Assembly (NCBI GenBank): GCA_024137785.1
Contig: JAHRHZ010000002.1
Location: 10,767,263-10,831,262 of the forward strand
From: Ginglymostoma cirratum
Taxonomy: Eukaryota
Direction of reading: 5' to 3'
DNA length: 64,000 nt
Both the position numbers and the translations under genes were made by a program. Positions 49,601 to 61,504 of the stretch are shown here, piece after piece (the stretch's first letter is position 1; each line of letters starts with the position of its first letter). Under the pieces are notes generated by a model. It had not been told where the DNA came from, searched no databases, and worked only from the letters and a program-made list of their open reading frames with translations.

Positions 49601-52600
49601 GATTTGTTCTTTTTGTTTCTTAGAGAAACCAAAAGGTAGCATGACGCTATGGTTATTCCTGTTGATCGGTGCTCTGCTACAACTCGCTCTCCTGTTCATT
49701 GCTGGGCTCTACTATATGAAGTTACTCAGAATGAAAGGCAAGGATGTGTATTTTTACGCTGTTTGGCAGATGTAAAGGTTGTGAGATATTGTGTTGCAAA
49801 CATTTACATTTGTATTCTTAAGGTTGATGTATCTGATTGGCACTCTTAATCGCTTTGTCTTCATCTATCTCTTGAATTTCCTTCTCCCAAGCTCGAACCG
49901 TTTGCCACACTGTCTGTACCTCATTGTGTATCACCTGTGGGTCAAAATTCTCACGCACCTTCTCTCCCCCTTCCAAAGTGCACACTACTAAAGACCTTAA
50001 CCAATTAGAGTGATCGCATCCAGTTCGCCTGGTATGTTCCATTTCTCAAAAAACCTGAGTAAAATCAAATCATAACTGACCTGTATATGCAATAAGAGGA
50101 CGACACCTATTTAAATCATCTGTTGGATCCCCTCTGTTACAACCTATCACAGCTAATATACTTTCCTTCATACCTTTCAAATCTCCAATAGACACAGTAA
50201 CCATCACTAATTAACTGTTCCAATATAGTAACAATCCATAAACACAGGTTTGATAAAAGGCAAATTCAGCAAATACATTGTCTCACATGCAACTCCCACA
50301 ACAGGCAGAGAATACCCAATTTTTGGCTATACCAAAAGAGAAGGAACCATTAAATTTCACTTCTTCAGGAGCCCACCTGCAAACGCTAAGACCTAAAAGT
50401 AAAAATCCTGGTTCTTTGAGAGCTTGACCTCACTCTCTTAGGCTGCTTCTATTGTTCCAACTTTTTTTAAAAAAAGCACCCAAGGCCTCACAAGCTGTTT
50501 ACTTTACTGGCTTTCCAACTAGCCAGCTCTGCACCTCTGTTTTATCCCTCTCATTAAAAAATAAGAAGACAATAACATTTTAAAGTCACTGTATTATCAC
50601 AAAATCATTTTAGCAATTTCCCCGCACTGCAGTGACAGAATTCATTTTGGAAGGCGATCGTTGTGTGGGGGCTCTGAGGTATTCAGTGACCCTAGAAAAG
50701 GAGGTAGGGGTCCCCAGTCATCGTCACGTGCAGCATCCTGCTGGGCATTCTTTTCCAGCTTTCCCCAATCCCTTCCGTAATCACTCTGCCCCACAGGCTG
50801 AACTGTCCCAAATACCCACTTAATTCTTTTCTGTATCAACAGCTGAGATTTTAATTTATCAATCCGCTGCTAGCATTTTGAACAGTCAGCCACGGAGATT
50901 CCTCTTTCTCTGCCTACTTGACACAGACGTTTAACAGTAGACTGCAAATTGGTGCATTTTCTGTTAAGTTCATTCACAGTCTGTTTGGCAATGTTATGAC
51001 CCCTGTTTGCACTGTGTACTCCTTAATAAGCCTTCTCACATTGGATCAGAATGTGGCGCGCATACAATACATTTATCTGACTCCTTTGCTCCTGTTCCAC
51101 CACTTTTCTCAGTAACCTTTTCAACTGCTCCCGTAATTTTCCTCATGGAATCTCTCGTTGTCTTCATGTAATATTTTATCCTCCAACTCTCGACACGTTA
51201 ACTGCTGCAAACAACTGACTATTGCTGTAGCCTTACTAAGTCAGCTTGGTAGCATGCTTTCTTTGCTCTCTACATGTTACTTCACAACATTTCTGACCAA
51301 CGGATCGCAGGCTCGTTACTAATTTACTGCAATGCTCAACAACTAGGGCTACGTCTTATTTAGCTCCTTCCTTAATATCTCTGACCGTGCTTGGCAATCT
51401 GCCAGTCTTTACTCTTAACTCTTAGGTATCTTCTAGGAGATACAAGAAGCGACCAGATTCACTGCACAAATTCTGCCATTTGTTTGTCACACTCAGCAAA
51501 CACCAGCTTTATTCCCAACTGCTGATCAATTCACGAAGTCTGGGGAATTCAACTTCGAGACAACCTCAAGTCTCAGCTTATCAATGGCCACTCAGTGTTG
51601 CCCGAAAGGAGTACTCATACTTTTTTACTCAGATATGTGACAGACAAATGACAGGGAACTTCATTAAACAAGCTCTTCAATATTTCAACTCCCAGTTATA
51701 GGAAGGATGTTATTGAGCTGGAGAGGGTTCAGAAGAGATTTACGAAGATGTTGCCGGGTATGGGGGGTTTGAGTTTTAAAAGAATGCTGCATAAAAGCTG
51801 AGACTTTTGTCATTAGAAGTTGAGAGGTGACCTCACAGAGGTTTATAACATCATGATGAGTATGGATAGCGTAAATGGAACCGTGTCTTTTCCCATTCTC
51901 GGGATTTGAAGACGAAGGGGCACATTTTTTAAGGTGAGAGAAGAGGGATTTCAATAAGGCACAAGGGGAAAATCTTTTCCACAGAGAGTGGTTCACACAT
52001 GGAATGAACTTCCTGAAGAAGTGGTGGATGGAGGCACAGTTACAACATTTAAGAGTCACTGAGATAAGTATATGAAAAGGACAGGTTTCCGGGGGACATA
52101 AGCCACGAGCAGGCAGATAGGACTAGTTTACCTTGGCAGTATGGTCAGTGAGGCATAGTTGCACCGAAAGGTTTGTTTTCGTGCTGTTTGGCGCTCTGAC
52201 CATGACTCAGTAGAAGGCATACATTAGTTGCAACATTTAATTCTTACTTCACTTAACTTATCTTCAAATTTAACTCACTTCATTTAAATTCACTTGATCT
52301 TACTTTGCTTAATTCATATTTAACCCCAATTCAGACTTTAACTCAACAAGTTTGGCTTGAATCAAATACGATTTGAGTGAAGTGGCCAACATTGCTCTTC
52401 TTGCAGATACTCCCTTGTGATTCTTTATTTTCTCTGAAGATCACTTCAGGGCCGGACTTCTCAAATTTGGTCTTGAAGGTTTCTCCTGCAAAAAATTCCT
52501 TTGTTCTGCTAAATTATCTCAAAAAGTGTGCACCTCCTCCAGAGACTTCTCTGACGCTAAACCAATGAATTGACCAAAGCCAGATCACGTTGTTCAATCT

Positions 52601-55600
52601 CAGCTCATGGAGTTTATTGGTAAATAGCTCCCAAATGATTACAGCAAATAAACTGCCACATTCCATGCTCCATGTAAGGCAGTAAGTGGTGCCAGCATGT
52701 CGAGAAACCATCATGACACTTTCCTTATTTGGTCAACACAGCAAACTGCAGATCACAACATATCCTGGCACCAACTTTATCTGAGGCCAGAGTTTAAACT
52801 AGCTTGACACCAATTCCCAGCATGTTTCATTGTAGCTCTTAACCAGTCTTGTAAGTATTTCTGCTGCTGGCCACCTGACCACAAGGCCATGCTGATTCTC
52901 CCAAGGCAATCACGTCAAAAGTTAAAATATTAATACTTCTAAATGCATTGCAACACAGAATGTGTGCACTCAGTCCAACTGGACCATTCTGGCAGCGGTC
53001 TCAGCCCCCTCTCACGATTTCAACATACTCCACACTGTTTTATTTCTTAGGTACTTCGCAGTTTGCCTCAACTGCTCCAACACACAGCAACATTTTGGCC
53101 GTGCTGTTGTTGAATCAGTTTCTCCTTGTTGCATCTAAAACATCACAAACAGAAATGTTTCATCGAATTCTGCCATCAATTGCTCTCAGAACTTCTTTCA
53201 GGCTGCCCCTTGGTCTATTCTTTCCGCTGATACATTTTGAGAGAAAAAAATGAATTAAAGTCAATCATATGCATTTGCTTTGTTCTTTATTTTGTCTGTC
53301 ATTTGTAGTGAATAACTTTGTGCAATTAATATCTTTAAGTGCAGACTCTACAGTTCCATGCACAAAACTGGCATCAATGAATAATGAGACTTAAGTAATA
53401 AGAAATGTCTTCTGTAATCCAATACTTTTCTTGTGTCCCTTTGTTTTAGGTCGTCGCCGGGCTCAAAGGTGAGTGAACATCAGCAGGTACACATTTGCTG
53501 GTTAAGAAATGCACTCTGTTACCATTTGAAGTGATTGAAAGATTTGTAGACAGTTTAGCAGTAAATTTCATTTCACGCAGATTGTCTGCAACCCATTTTC
53601 TGCAAGGATACAGGAGCTTGGAATACTCATCAGAGTTGAGACAGAGCTCCACGTAAATGCACCTGAGATGCCCCCATTCTACAAAGTTAAAGGTCAAATT
53701 TTGCGAAGTTATCGTCAACCAGGAAAATCTCCTTGTCTCAACAGATATGATGGGTTGAACAGCCTTCTCTCTACTTTAAATACATTCATATTTCTGCTGT
53801 CAAATGTTTTCAGCAAATGTGGTTGAGTTCTTCCTTTTCATTATTTTGCAGACAAGTCCAAGGTAATTCAGAAATCAACTGCGTAGATGGTACGTAAAGC
53901 TGGTTTTGGTTATGTTTGAAAATAATATAAACTTCTATGGGGTTATTAAAACCCTCAGGATTACCATGATACTGAGTTTAAAATGGATGAAAAATTTCCA
54001 GTTTGACACCCGAGTTATGATTCAGAAAAAAAAATCCCCAGACATTACAGTTTTCTTTACTCATATAATAGCTTCTTATAAATGTTTCTATTTCCACAAA
54101 GTACTTACCTCTCAGTCAATGGCATCTGATTTAATCAAAGGCAGCACTTTATTTTCACTCTTCCATTGAACAGAAATCACATCTTCAGGGATAATTACAA
54201 TTTTCTGCCTCTTAACAGCTTTTTTTAAGTCATGGTGGGCACTTACGCAAGTTAGAGGAAAGTAAAGTTCTGTGGGAGAAACAAGTATGCAATTCCAGGA
54301 ATGTGGATATGAATATTAGTGAAAAAATATACACTTTATCACACTTGTCTTGTACCCATTAGGACAATTCAGTAATGTAAATACTAAAGTAAAGGGAAAA
54401 CGTATTGCATATCATAGTATTGTATGAGAGAAAATGCTAATTGGTTGGCAAATTGCCTCTGACTACAGAGGTGTTGAGATGTAAGATGAACTAGTTCTGA
54501 ATGACTGACATTTAACTGCCAAAATTTCATTAAATATTCAACTAGACAGCTTGACACTGATTGGACAGGGCATGCCCAACTGATAATCCTAAATTGGTTG
54601 TCAGTGTAATTCTTCATGAATCAGTATTATATAGCAAATATTTTCCAATCACAGAATCATCGTAGTGTTGGATGCTGCATTGTGAGGTTTGCAAGTGCAG
54701 ACTAGTTCCATACCTTTCTTCTTTCACTGAGTTGGAGGGATATTCAGTGTCGTAACATTCTAGAGGGCTACAGAGATAGGGCTGGAGAGTAGGACTAGCT
54801 GTGTAGCTTTTTTGGGGGCAGTACAGGCATGATAACTTGAATGGCTTCGTTTTATGGTAAGATTCTGTGATTCTATTATTCTAAGTTCTGACATTCATTG
54901 GGACAAATGGCTGACTTTCCTAGCATCAGGCCAACAATGAAATTCACATGCCACATTAATTAGCTGGGTGATAGGCAGAATGCCTTTTCAGCTTGGCAGG
55001 AAAAATGAAACAGATGTGCTTGCTATGACTGAAATTTATGATGTGGTATGTGCATTTCAATACCTGGGTGATGCTCGACAAGTAAGCCGTATGTTCGTTA
55101 GACAAAGACCAAGTATCATATAAAATGACATGTTCTTTCAGTTGCTTGCCACAAGCAGGTGCTGACTACATGCAACGAGCCCATGCAGGCAAAACGCAGA
55201 CCAAACATTAGATGTGATCCTGTGATTAAACAACATTTTCAAATAATGTTTGGGGGTAGGTAAAACATAAACTTTCAATAAAATATGATTCTCTTCAGCT
55301 ATAACTACATGAAGTTTGAACAAACCATTATTTGACAATGGATATATGCATGAATAAAATTTAAGGACTTTAGTGTCAGACTGGGTAAAGTGTGGGGAGG
55401 TGGGAGTAACAGACTTGTGAAAGGGACAAGACAGACTCGATGGGCTGACACACATTCCACTGAGCTGTAGCAGCCTATTCTATGGTTCTATTCTAATTGT
55501 GACATGAATATGTGAATACCTGAGATACTCAACTGTTGGATAAATTGGGGTTGAATTTGGATGTGAATGGGGCTACAGGACGTGCTGGAAATTTTATTTT

Positions 55601-58600
55601 ACTGACTGTTATACCAGCTGATGAATGTACACTCATATCAAAGATAAGATAGAACATTAACCAGGAAATTGGGTGAAAAGATAGTTTTACCTCTCAGACG
55701 ATATCACTGTCTGTTGATTTTACGAAGGGATAAGATTGTTTAGGGTATAGAGCCAATGTTCCGAATATTCTTTCTGGTTTTCACAATTGGCAGTTTAGAG
55801 TAAAAATGCAGCTGTTTCAATGAAATTTCTCAAAATGCATAATTTGAGTCACAGTGTCGTACAGCACAGAAACAGACCCTTCGGTCCAAACAGTCCAAGC
55901 TGACCATAATCCCAAACTAAACTAGTCACTAGGCCCATATCGCTCCAAACATTTCCTATTCATGTACTTATTTAAGTGTCTTTTAAATTTTGTGACTGTA
56001 CCCACATCCATCGCTTCCTCTGGAAGTTCATTCCCCACATGAACCACTCTCTGTGTAAAACATAAATGCCCTTCATATCTTTTTTAAATATCTCCCCTCT
56101 CACCCAAAAATGTGTCCTCTTGTCTTTAAATCCCACACCCTGTGGAAAGCACACCTGCCAGTCAACTTATCTACCTCATGATTTTATGAACCTCTATAAG
56201 CTCACTCCTCAACCTCCAGTGAAAAAAAGTCCCAGAACATCCAGCCTCTCCTGAGAACTCAAACCTTCCATTCCTGGCAACTTCCTGGTAAATCTCTTCT
56301 GAATCTTCTCGAGCTTAATAATATCCTTCCTGTCATCAGCCGACCAGAACTGAACACAGTACTCCGGAAGAGTTCTCACCAGCACCCTGCAAAACCCCAA
56401 ACGGATATTGGTTCTTTTAAAAGACAGTCAATTGAATAAGCAAACACTATAAACTGAAGGCATTTCATACAATTTATGAGCTGCAATGAGTCTTATGCTT
56501 TTATTTGAACATAAGGAAGCAACTGTATCAATGTTGCAAAACTATTACTGGCCCTAGGGACAAAACTGATGAGTTAAGTAACAATCAATTTACACATTAC
56601 AGTGCCCTACAGACAGTAACTGGAAGTGTTACTATCAACATTGGTTCATGTTGGAATTACTTATGGGAATATTGTTGAACAGTACACTGCAAGGGTACCC
56701 TACTCTTCTTTGAAAGATGCCAGGAAATTTTACTGACTGTGAAATCGTTCCTGTTTAATTGAATGAAGAATGTGTGACAATGCGGAACTCCCTCAGTTCC
56801 AGACAAAAATAAAAAGCCATTTTTCTGTTCTCCGATGGTGGATTGTCGCTTGAATCCAGATCTTTCACTATTTAGTGTTGCGAACTCAGCACAACTGGAA
56901 GTATTAAACAGTTTTATGGACATACTTATGAGGTCGTATCTTATATATATTCATATAGATGGTGGCTCAGTGTTTAACACTGCTGCCTCACTGCGCCAGG
57001 GACCTGGTTCCGTTCCACCCTTGGGCGACTGTCTGTGTGGAGCTTGTGCGTTCTCCTCGTATCTGCATGGGTTTCCGCCAGGTGCTCCGGTTTCTTCACT
57101 CAGCCCAAAGATGTGCAGGCGAGGTGGATTGGCCATACTAAATTGCCTGTCGTGTTCAGGGCAGTGTGGATTAGGTGGGTTGAGGGGTACAGGTCTGGGT
57201 GGGATTCTCTGAGGGTTGGTGTGGAGTTGTTGGTCCAAAGGGCCTATTTCCACACTGTAGGGATTCTATGACGATAAGAAACTCTTTCCATAAAAGTTCC
57301 TATAAAGCAACATTTCGAACAATTCCAGCAGATACCTTCCGTTTTCGAGTCAAAGGGTCATAGAGCATGGAAACAAACCCTTCGGTCCAACCATTCCATG
57401 CCGAACATAATCCCAAACGAAACAAGACTAACCTGCCTGCTCCCAGCCCATATCACCCCAAAACCTTTCCTATTCACGTATGCTTTATATTTGCATTCTC
57501 ATGCTTTTGTCTTTTAGATATTGAAACATTACCTGTCCTGGATGAAGTGCAGAATCTGGTAAGTAGCCTTTAAGGAAGACAATCACAACACTTGAAATCT
57601 GCATTTGCAGATGAGGATTGAAACAAAATATACCCAAGTCCCCATATAAAAAATCAAATTCAAGGTTGCAGAAATGCCGAGACTGTTCCTGAAAACGATT
57701 GCCATTAAAGACCAGAAATAGATTTTGTTAAAAATAACTGGGAGGCTGACACTGCTCACTATAATGCTCAATGTCTGCTGCCTCAATTCAAAGTGTAGTT
57801 AATAATTTTCTGTCAGACATCCCACGCTTCTCCATTGGCTCTGATATTGTGTTTTCATCACTGGGAGCAATGCACCGCCTTGAACTTGGGATAATTGATG
57901 ACTAGGTTTCCAGTATAATGATGACAGATAATAATGAAAGCTAGCGCATTGAGAAGTAAATGACCGGAGCATCAAAAAACACCGACAGACAACTGTATTG
58001 CTTCTTAAGAAGTTCACAAGAATTAAGTCTCATTTCTGAAACAGGTAATGAGTTTTGAAATATCAATGTATGTGTACTGAGAGAGTGTGTAAACGTTTTA
58101 ATCAGAACTGTATTTCACAATCTTCTTTCACTTTCTGTTCTTGATTTAAATCCAGTTAATACACTTTGCTTTATCTATTACGGTTTGCATTCTGGGATTA
58201 CAAGTGGCAGCATAAATTGCTGGTAACCAACAGATAATATTCAGTTTCACTGTTGTCAACAGGATTAAACATTAAGGGCAGTGTTTAATCAGAAGTCAAT
58301 TCCATACCATCTGCTTTACTGTCATTTGTTAGAATATCTTTTATACCTATGCGAGTCAGCATGGATAGTTCAATTGGATAGTTCCTGGTCTTGCTGGATA
58401 TGTTAGACTACCTATAGATAGCACTCAGCTTAAAAGTAATTTAAAACTTCTCTGCAGACTAAAATCTGTAAAACAAAGTTGTATACAACCGTAGCTGAGA
58501 CAATGAATGATCGCCATTGATCAACTGTGAAACTCAGACATTACATTCTACATCGATAAAGTTGACACCAAATAACCTTAAGGAATATGGTCATCTTTCA

Positions 58601-59712
58601 CTTCTAATTGTTCACAGAGAAAACATATTATTTCAATGTTTTACCAAAAAGAAGTCGTAACACACGTCTCTTGGCAAACATCAGGAAGAGTATGGTTGAG
58701 TCTCATTTGGAGACAGTGCCAAAGGTTTATTAACAACAATATCAAAACAGTGAGCTGTTCTAGCATGTTGGTGACATGGGAAGCATGCCAGTGAGACTCT
58801 TTGTGTCCAAGCATGCTGATGACGTCGTAAGCATGGGAGCTGAAGGGATTTTCCTACTCTGTTCTCACAATGTTTTAAACATAGTTGGAATATTTCTTTT
58901 TTTACCAGTGATAACTTAAAACACAGTGAAAGGAGTTCCATGTCCAATTTCACTGCATTTATTTCAGGGTGGCCACATTTGAAGCATTTATTGGTGCAGC
59001 ACCAGTTCTATTCAGTTATGTTTATATGCAGTAAAGCACAATGTTGATTGGAGCAGACATGCATGCAGGTGGCATGAGGACTCAATGGTTAGCACTGCTG
59101 CATCACGTCCAGGCAGGGAACTGGTTTTAATTTGGGCAACAGTCTGTCTGGCATTTGCGCATTCTGCCTGTGTCTGTGTGGGTTTCCTTCCAGAGTCCAA
59201 AGATGCGCAGGTACGGAGGATTGGCCACGCTAAATTGCCCGTCGTGTCCATAGATGTGTTGATTAAGTGAATTAGCCATAGCAAATGCTGAGTTATAGGG
59301 GAGGGAGTTGAGCCTGGGTGGGATGGGATGCTGATTGGAGGGCCAGTTCAGACTTGATGAGCGGAATGGCCTGCTTCCGCACTGTGGGGATTCTATGTAT
59401 AACTTTAACTCCAACAGTAGAGAATTATGATTTTTTTCTGTGACAGTTAATAGATGTATGTTTATGTCAATGTATTAAAATGTCTTGGTCTATGGAAATG
59501 TCCATTTGATTGGGTAATGTTTTATTTTATGACAGGATCAAGACGAGAGTGGACTGGAATCTTATGCACTGTGCATGGTATGGAAGTATTCCACTTTGTT
59601 CAGTTATGTTACCTTTCATTGGAAACAGAGTAATCATTAACAGAGTTTGATTTGTGTTCCGTAGGTTGAAAACAATGAAGACACATCGATTTACACACCT
59701 ATGGAAAGGTGA
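37561..59712 (+). CDS. NCR3: Gene 2: NKp30/NCR3-like receptor with three tandem VJ exons; join(37561..37603,40459..40791,43870..44202,47281..47613,49624..49737,53450..53468,53852..53889,57518..57558,59536..59577,59665..59712), 447 aa if all V exons are used
   Basis: All ten exons chain in consistent phase with no internal stop and canonical splice sites (one GC donor). The V domains show NKp30-like motifs IGSFKW..D..EVSNQT.RY.GR..F...NASL.L..L...DSGMYRC.V...LG...GNGT.L.V. Confidence 0.8.
40459..40791 (+). CDS. NCR3: Gene 2 V exon 1 (VJ-type Ig V-set, 333 nt, phase 1-1)
   Basis: TAATTCAG acceptor, AG|GTAAGT donor. Reads GIGARKFQVVQKLP...IPCEW...FKWLKD...DSGMYRC...YGNGTQLMVR. Confidence 0.93.
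43870..44202 (+). CDS. NCR3: Gene 2 V exon 2 (333 nt, phase 1-1)
   Basis: TTTTCAG acceptor, AG|GTAAGT donor, open frame. 21 nt and 11 aa differences from V1 by manual count. Confidence 0.92.
47281..47613 (+). CDS. NCR3: Gene 2 V exon 3 (333 nt, phase 1-1)
   Basis: TTTTCAG acceptor, AG|GTAAGT donor, open frame. 11 nt and 5 aa differences from V2 by manual count. Confidence 0.92.
47980..48215 (+). mobile_element. HE1-type V-SINE (3' part); truncated copies at the unit junctions ~41158-41225 and ~44570-44640
   Basis: CTGTGTG..GTTTGCACA..CCCC..GTCTGC.TGGGTTTCCTCCCACAG..CAAAGATGTGCAGG core. Confidence 0.8.
48435..48985 (-). mobile_element. CR1 LINE 3' fragment
   Basis: LEYCVQFWSPCYRKDIIKLE.VQKR.T.MLPG. 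Confidence 0.9.
49624..49737 (+). CDS. Gene 2 transmembrane exon (EKPKGSMTLWLFLLIGALLQLALLFIAGLYYMKLLRMK)
   Basis: Long polypyrimidine tract and TAG acceptor, phase 1, hydrophobic stretch followed by a basic stop-transfer segment. Non-canonical donor AAG|GCAAGG. Confidence 0.85.
51690..52210 (+). mobile_element. CR1 LINE 3' fragment
   Basis: YRKDVIELERVQKRFTKMLPG-like DNA plus tail. Confidence 0.85.
53450..53468 (+). CDS. Gene 2 cytoplasmic micro-exon 1 (GRRRAQ, 19 nt, phase 1-2)
   Basis: TTGTTTTAG acceptor, AAG|GTGAGT donor, phase fits neighbours. Confidence 0.75.
53852..53889 (+). CDS. Gene 2 cytoplasmic exon 2 (RQVQGNSEINCVD, phase 2-1); in-frame alternative donor at 53863
   Basis: TTTTGCAG acceptor, G|GTACGT donor. 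The internal AAG|GTAATT donor is also phase 1. Confidence 0.65.
55845..56400 (-). mobile_element. CR1 LINE 3' fragment
   Basis: LVR...EYCVQFWS...RKDIIKLEKIQKRFTRKLPG. Confidence 0.88.
56959..57272 (+). mobile_element. Near full-length HE1-type V-SINE
   Basis: tRNA-like head (GGTGGCTCAGTG..., GGTTC), V-domain core GGGTTTCCGCCAGGTGCTCCGGTTTC and a CR1-like tail GGATTCTATG. Confidence 0.85.
57518..57558 (+). CDS. Gene 2 cytoplasmic exon 3 (DIETLPVLDEVQNL, phase 1-0)
   Basis: CTTTTAG acceptor, TG|GTAAGT donor. Confidence 0.72.
59067..59400 (+). mobile_element. HE1-type V-SINE, degenerate
   Basis: GGTTAGCACTGCTGC..., CCAAAGATG.GCAGG, GCTAAATTGCCC and tail. Confidence 0.8.
59536..59577 (+). CDS. 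Gene 2 cytoplasmic exon 4 (DQDESGLESYALCM, phase 0-0)
   Basis: T-rich tract with GACAG acceptor, TG|GTATGG donor, acidic Tyr context. Confidence 0.65.
59665..59712 (+). CDS. Gene 2 terminal coding exon (VENNEDTSIYTPMER*)
   Basis: TTCCGTAG acceptor, acidic residues before a YxxM motif, TGA at 59710-59712. Confidence 0.68.
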   Translation, partial: VENNEDTSIYTPMER

Positions 59713-61504
59713 ATCCTAACTCTTCCATTGCAACAGTAAGAGTTACAGTTACAGACCGCAGCTGTTTGTCTTCCAGGATCGCCTGTGGAATGCGTAGTAG
59801 TCAGCTGAGACATGTTATAAAGCTATCTTAGTGTGGTTATGGGTGGCATTGAAGTCAACGATGTCGAAATGTGTGGGCTTCCCTGAGATGCCCCCGACAA
59901 CTGATCTTTAGGTCTACTAGAGAAGAGCAGGATTCCCTGTTATATTTCAGGGGTTGTCTATTGGATGCGCTGGAAAGTGATTAAAAAAACACAACCTTGC
60001 CTCATTCTGTTACAACAAAGTAAGCCTTGGCGATTATCAGAAGACACTTGGTTGTGCTTTCCGAATTCAAATGTGGTCAACGATATTAAAACATCAAGTA
60101 ACCATAAGGAACATGATCATCTTTCACTTTTCATGTTTTCACAGAGAAACCGTAATATTTCAATTTTGCACGAGTGGAAAGTCATAACATATGCCCATTG
60201 GTGAAAAATAGGAAATGTATGGTTTAATCCTGCTGTAAGGATTCCCAGAACTCTCCAGCAAAAAACAGTATTTTCAGCCTGCCCCAACCATGTGCAAAAG
60301 CAGTTGGTGGAAACGACAGTGGAACAGAGTCTGCTCAGACACTTATTTCAAAGAAGTGGTCCCAAGTGTTACTAAGTGGAGCGTGAAATCATCACTCCAC
60401 ATCAATTTGGTCTCTTTAGGACACTTGGGCGTACATTTTAAGCTCGCAAACCAGGAGGAAGAAGATCAGCAGTTCTTTCTGCATTCCATCAACTTTTCTT
60501 CCCTGTCAATTCAATGCTGTTCTGGAATCAGTCCTCCGATGATTCCCAGCAAGTTGACTTTCACGCCAACTATTTTACTCCATACAATTTGTTTCATTTT
60601 CTGCCTTATCCCTCTCTGTATTTGACTGCTTCTTGTTGGGTTTCAAATGAAGTTCCGTTCATGTAGAAGTGTTATTGACAGAGAAGGAGCTAATTTTACC
60701 CGAAGGCAAGATGAGCAGAATAGCTGGTGGAATCCCAGTTTTACATTGTAAGCTGCATCACCTCCCATTAGCGAGTTAAATCAGGTGCACTGTGAAACGA
60801 ATGGAGCAAGTGACCGACCATTTGGGATGTTGAGGGGATGGGCGTAGGTAGAGATTTAAGGAGAAGAAAATTTTACTCAGCTGCTCCATAGGAGTGTCAC
60901 AACATGACTCAGCTCGTTGATCAAAAGTATCTATAAAAGAAAAGTTGAAACAAGTGTGAGTGATTGCATTCTCTGTAAGAACAAAATAACATTACCGTTT
61001 TTTTTGGTTTCTGACAGCCTCAAGGCCTTCAGCAACTCAACAGCGACTGAGATGGGCAAGTAACTCAATTCATTTAAATGTTTGGAAGAGCTGGTGAGAA
61101 ATGAGAAGTGCATCTTTGTGGACTAACATAAACCACTTATACCTTGCTTCTATCTTTCTTACCACATTTTGGGAGATCTTCTGGAAATAGATACCCTTCA
61201 TGGCTTTTCAAGTGATAGTGATTGGGTAAGGTTTTGCTCTGGTGTCATGACAGTGCATTCATCTGGCACCTTTCAAGCTCAGAAGCGATTACAGCCAATG
61301 AGGGACTTTTGAAGTGTAGTCATTGATGCAGTGTAAAAAACACAGATTTGTATAATGCAGTGTCCCATAGGAAGCAATTGATAATGATAAAGTCTAATGT
61401 CACTTATTCAGGAAAGCACGTCAGTCAAATCACCAGAGTGAACTCACCTGCTGTTCTTCAAAATTATGTCATGGGATTTTTTGAATTTGATTTATTATTG
61501 TCAA

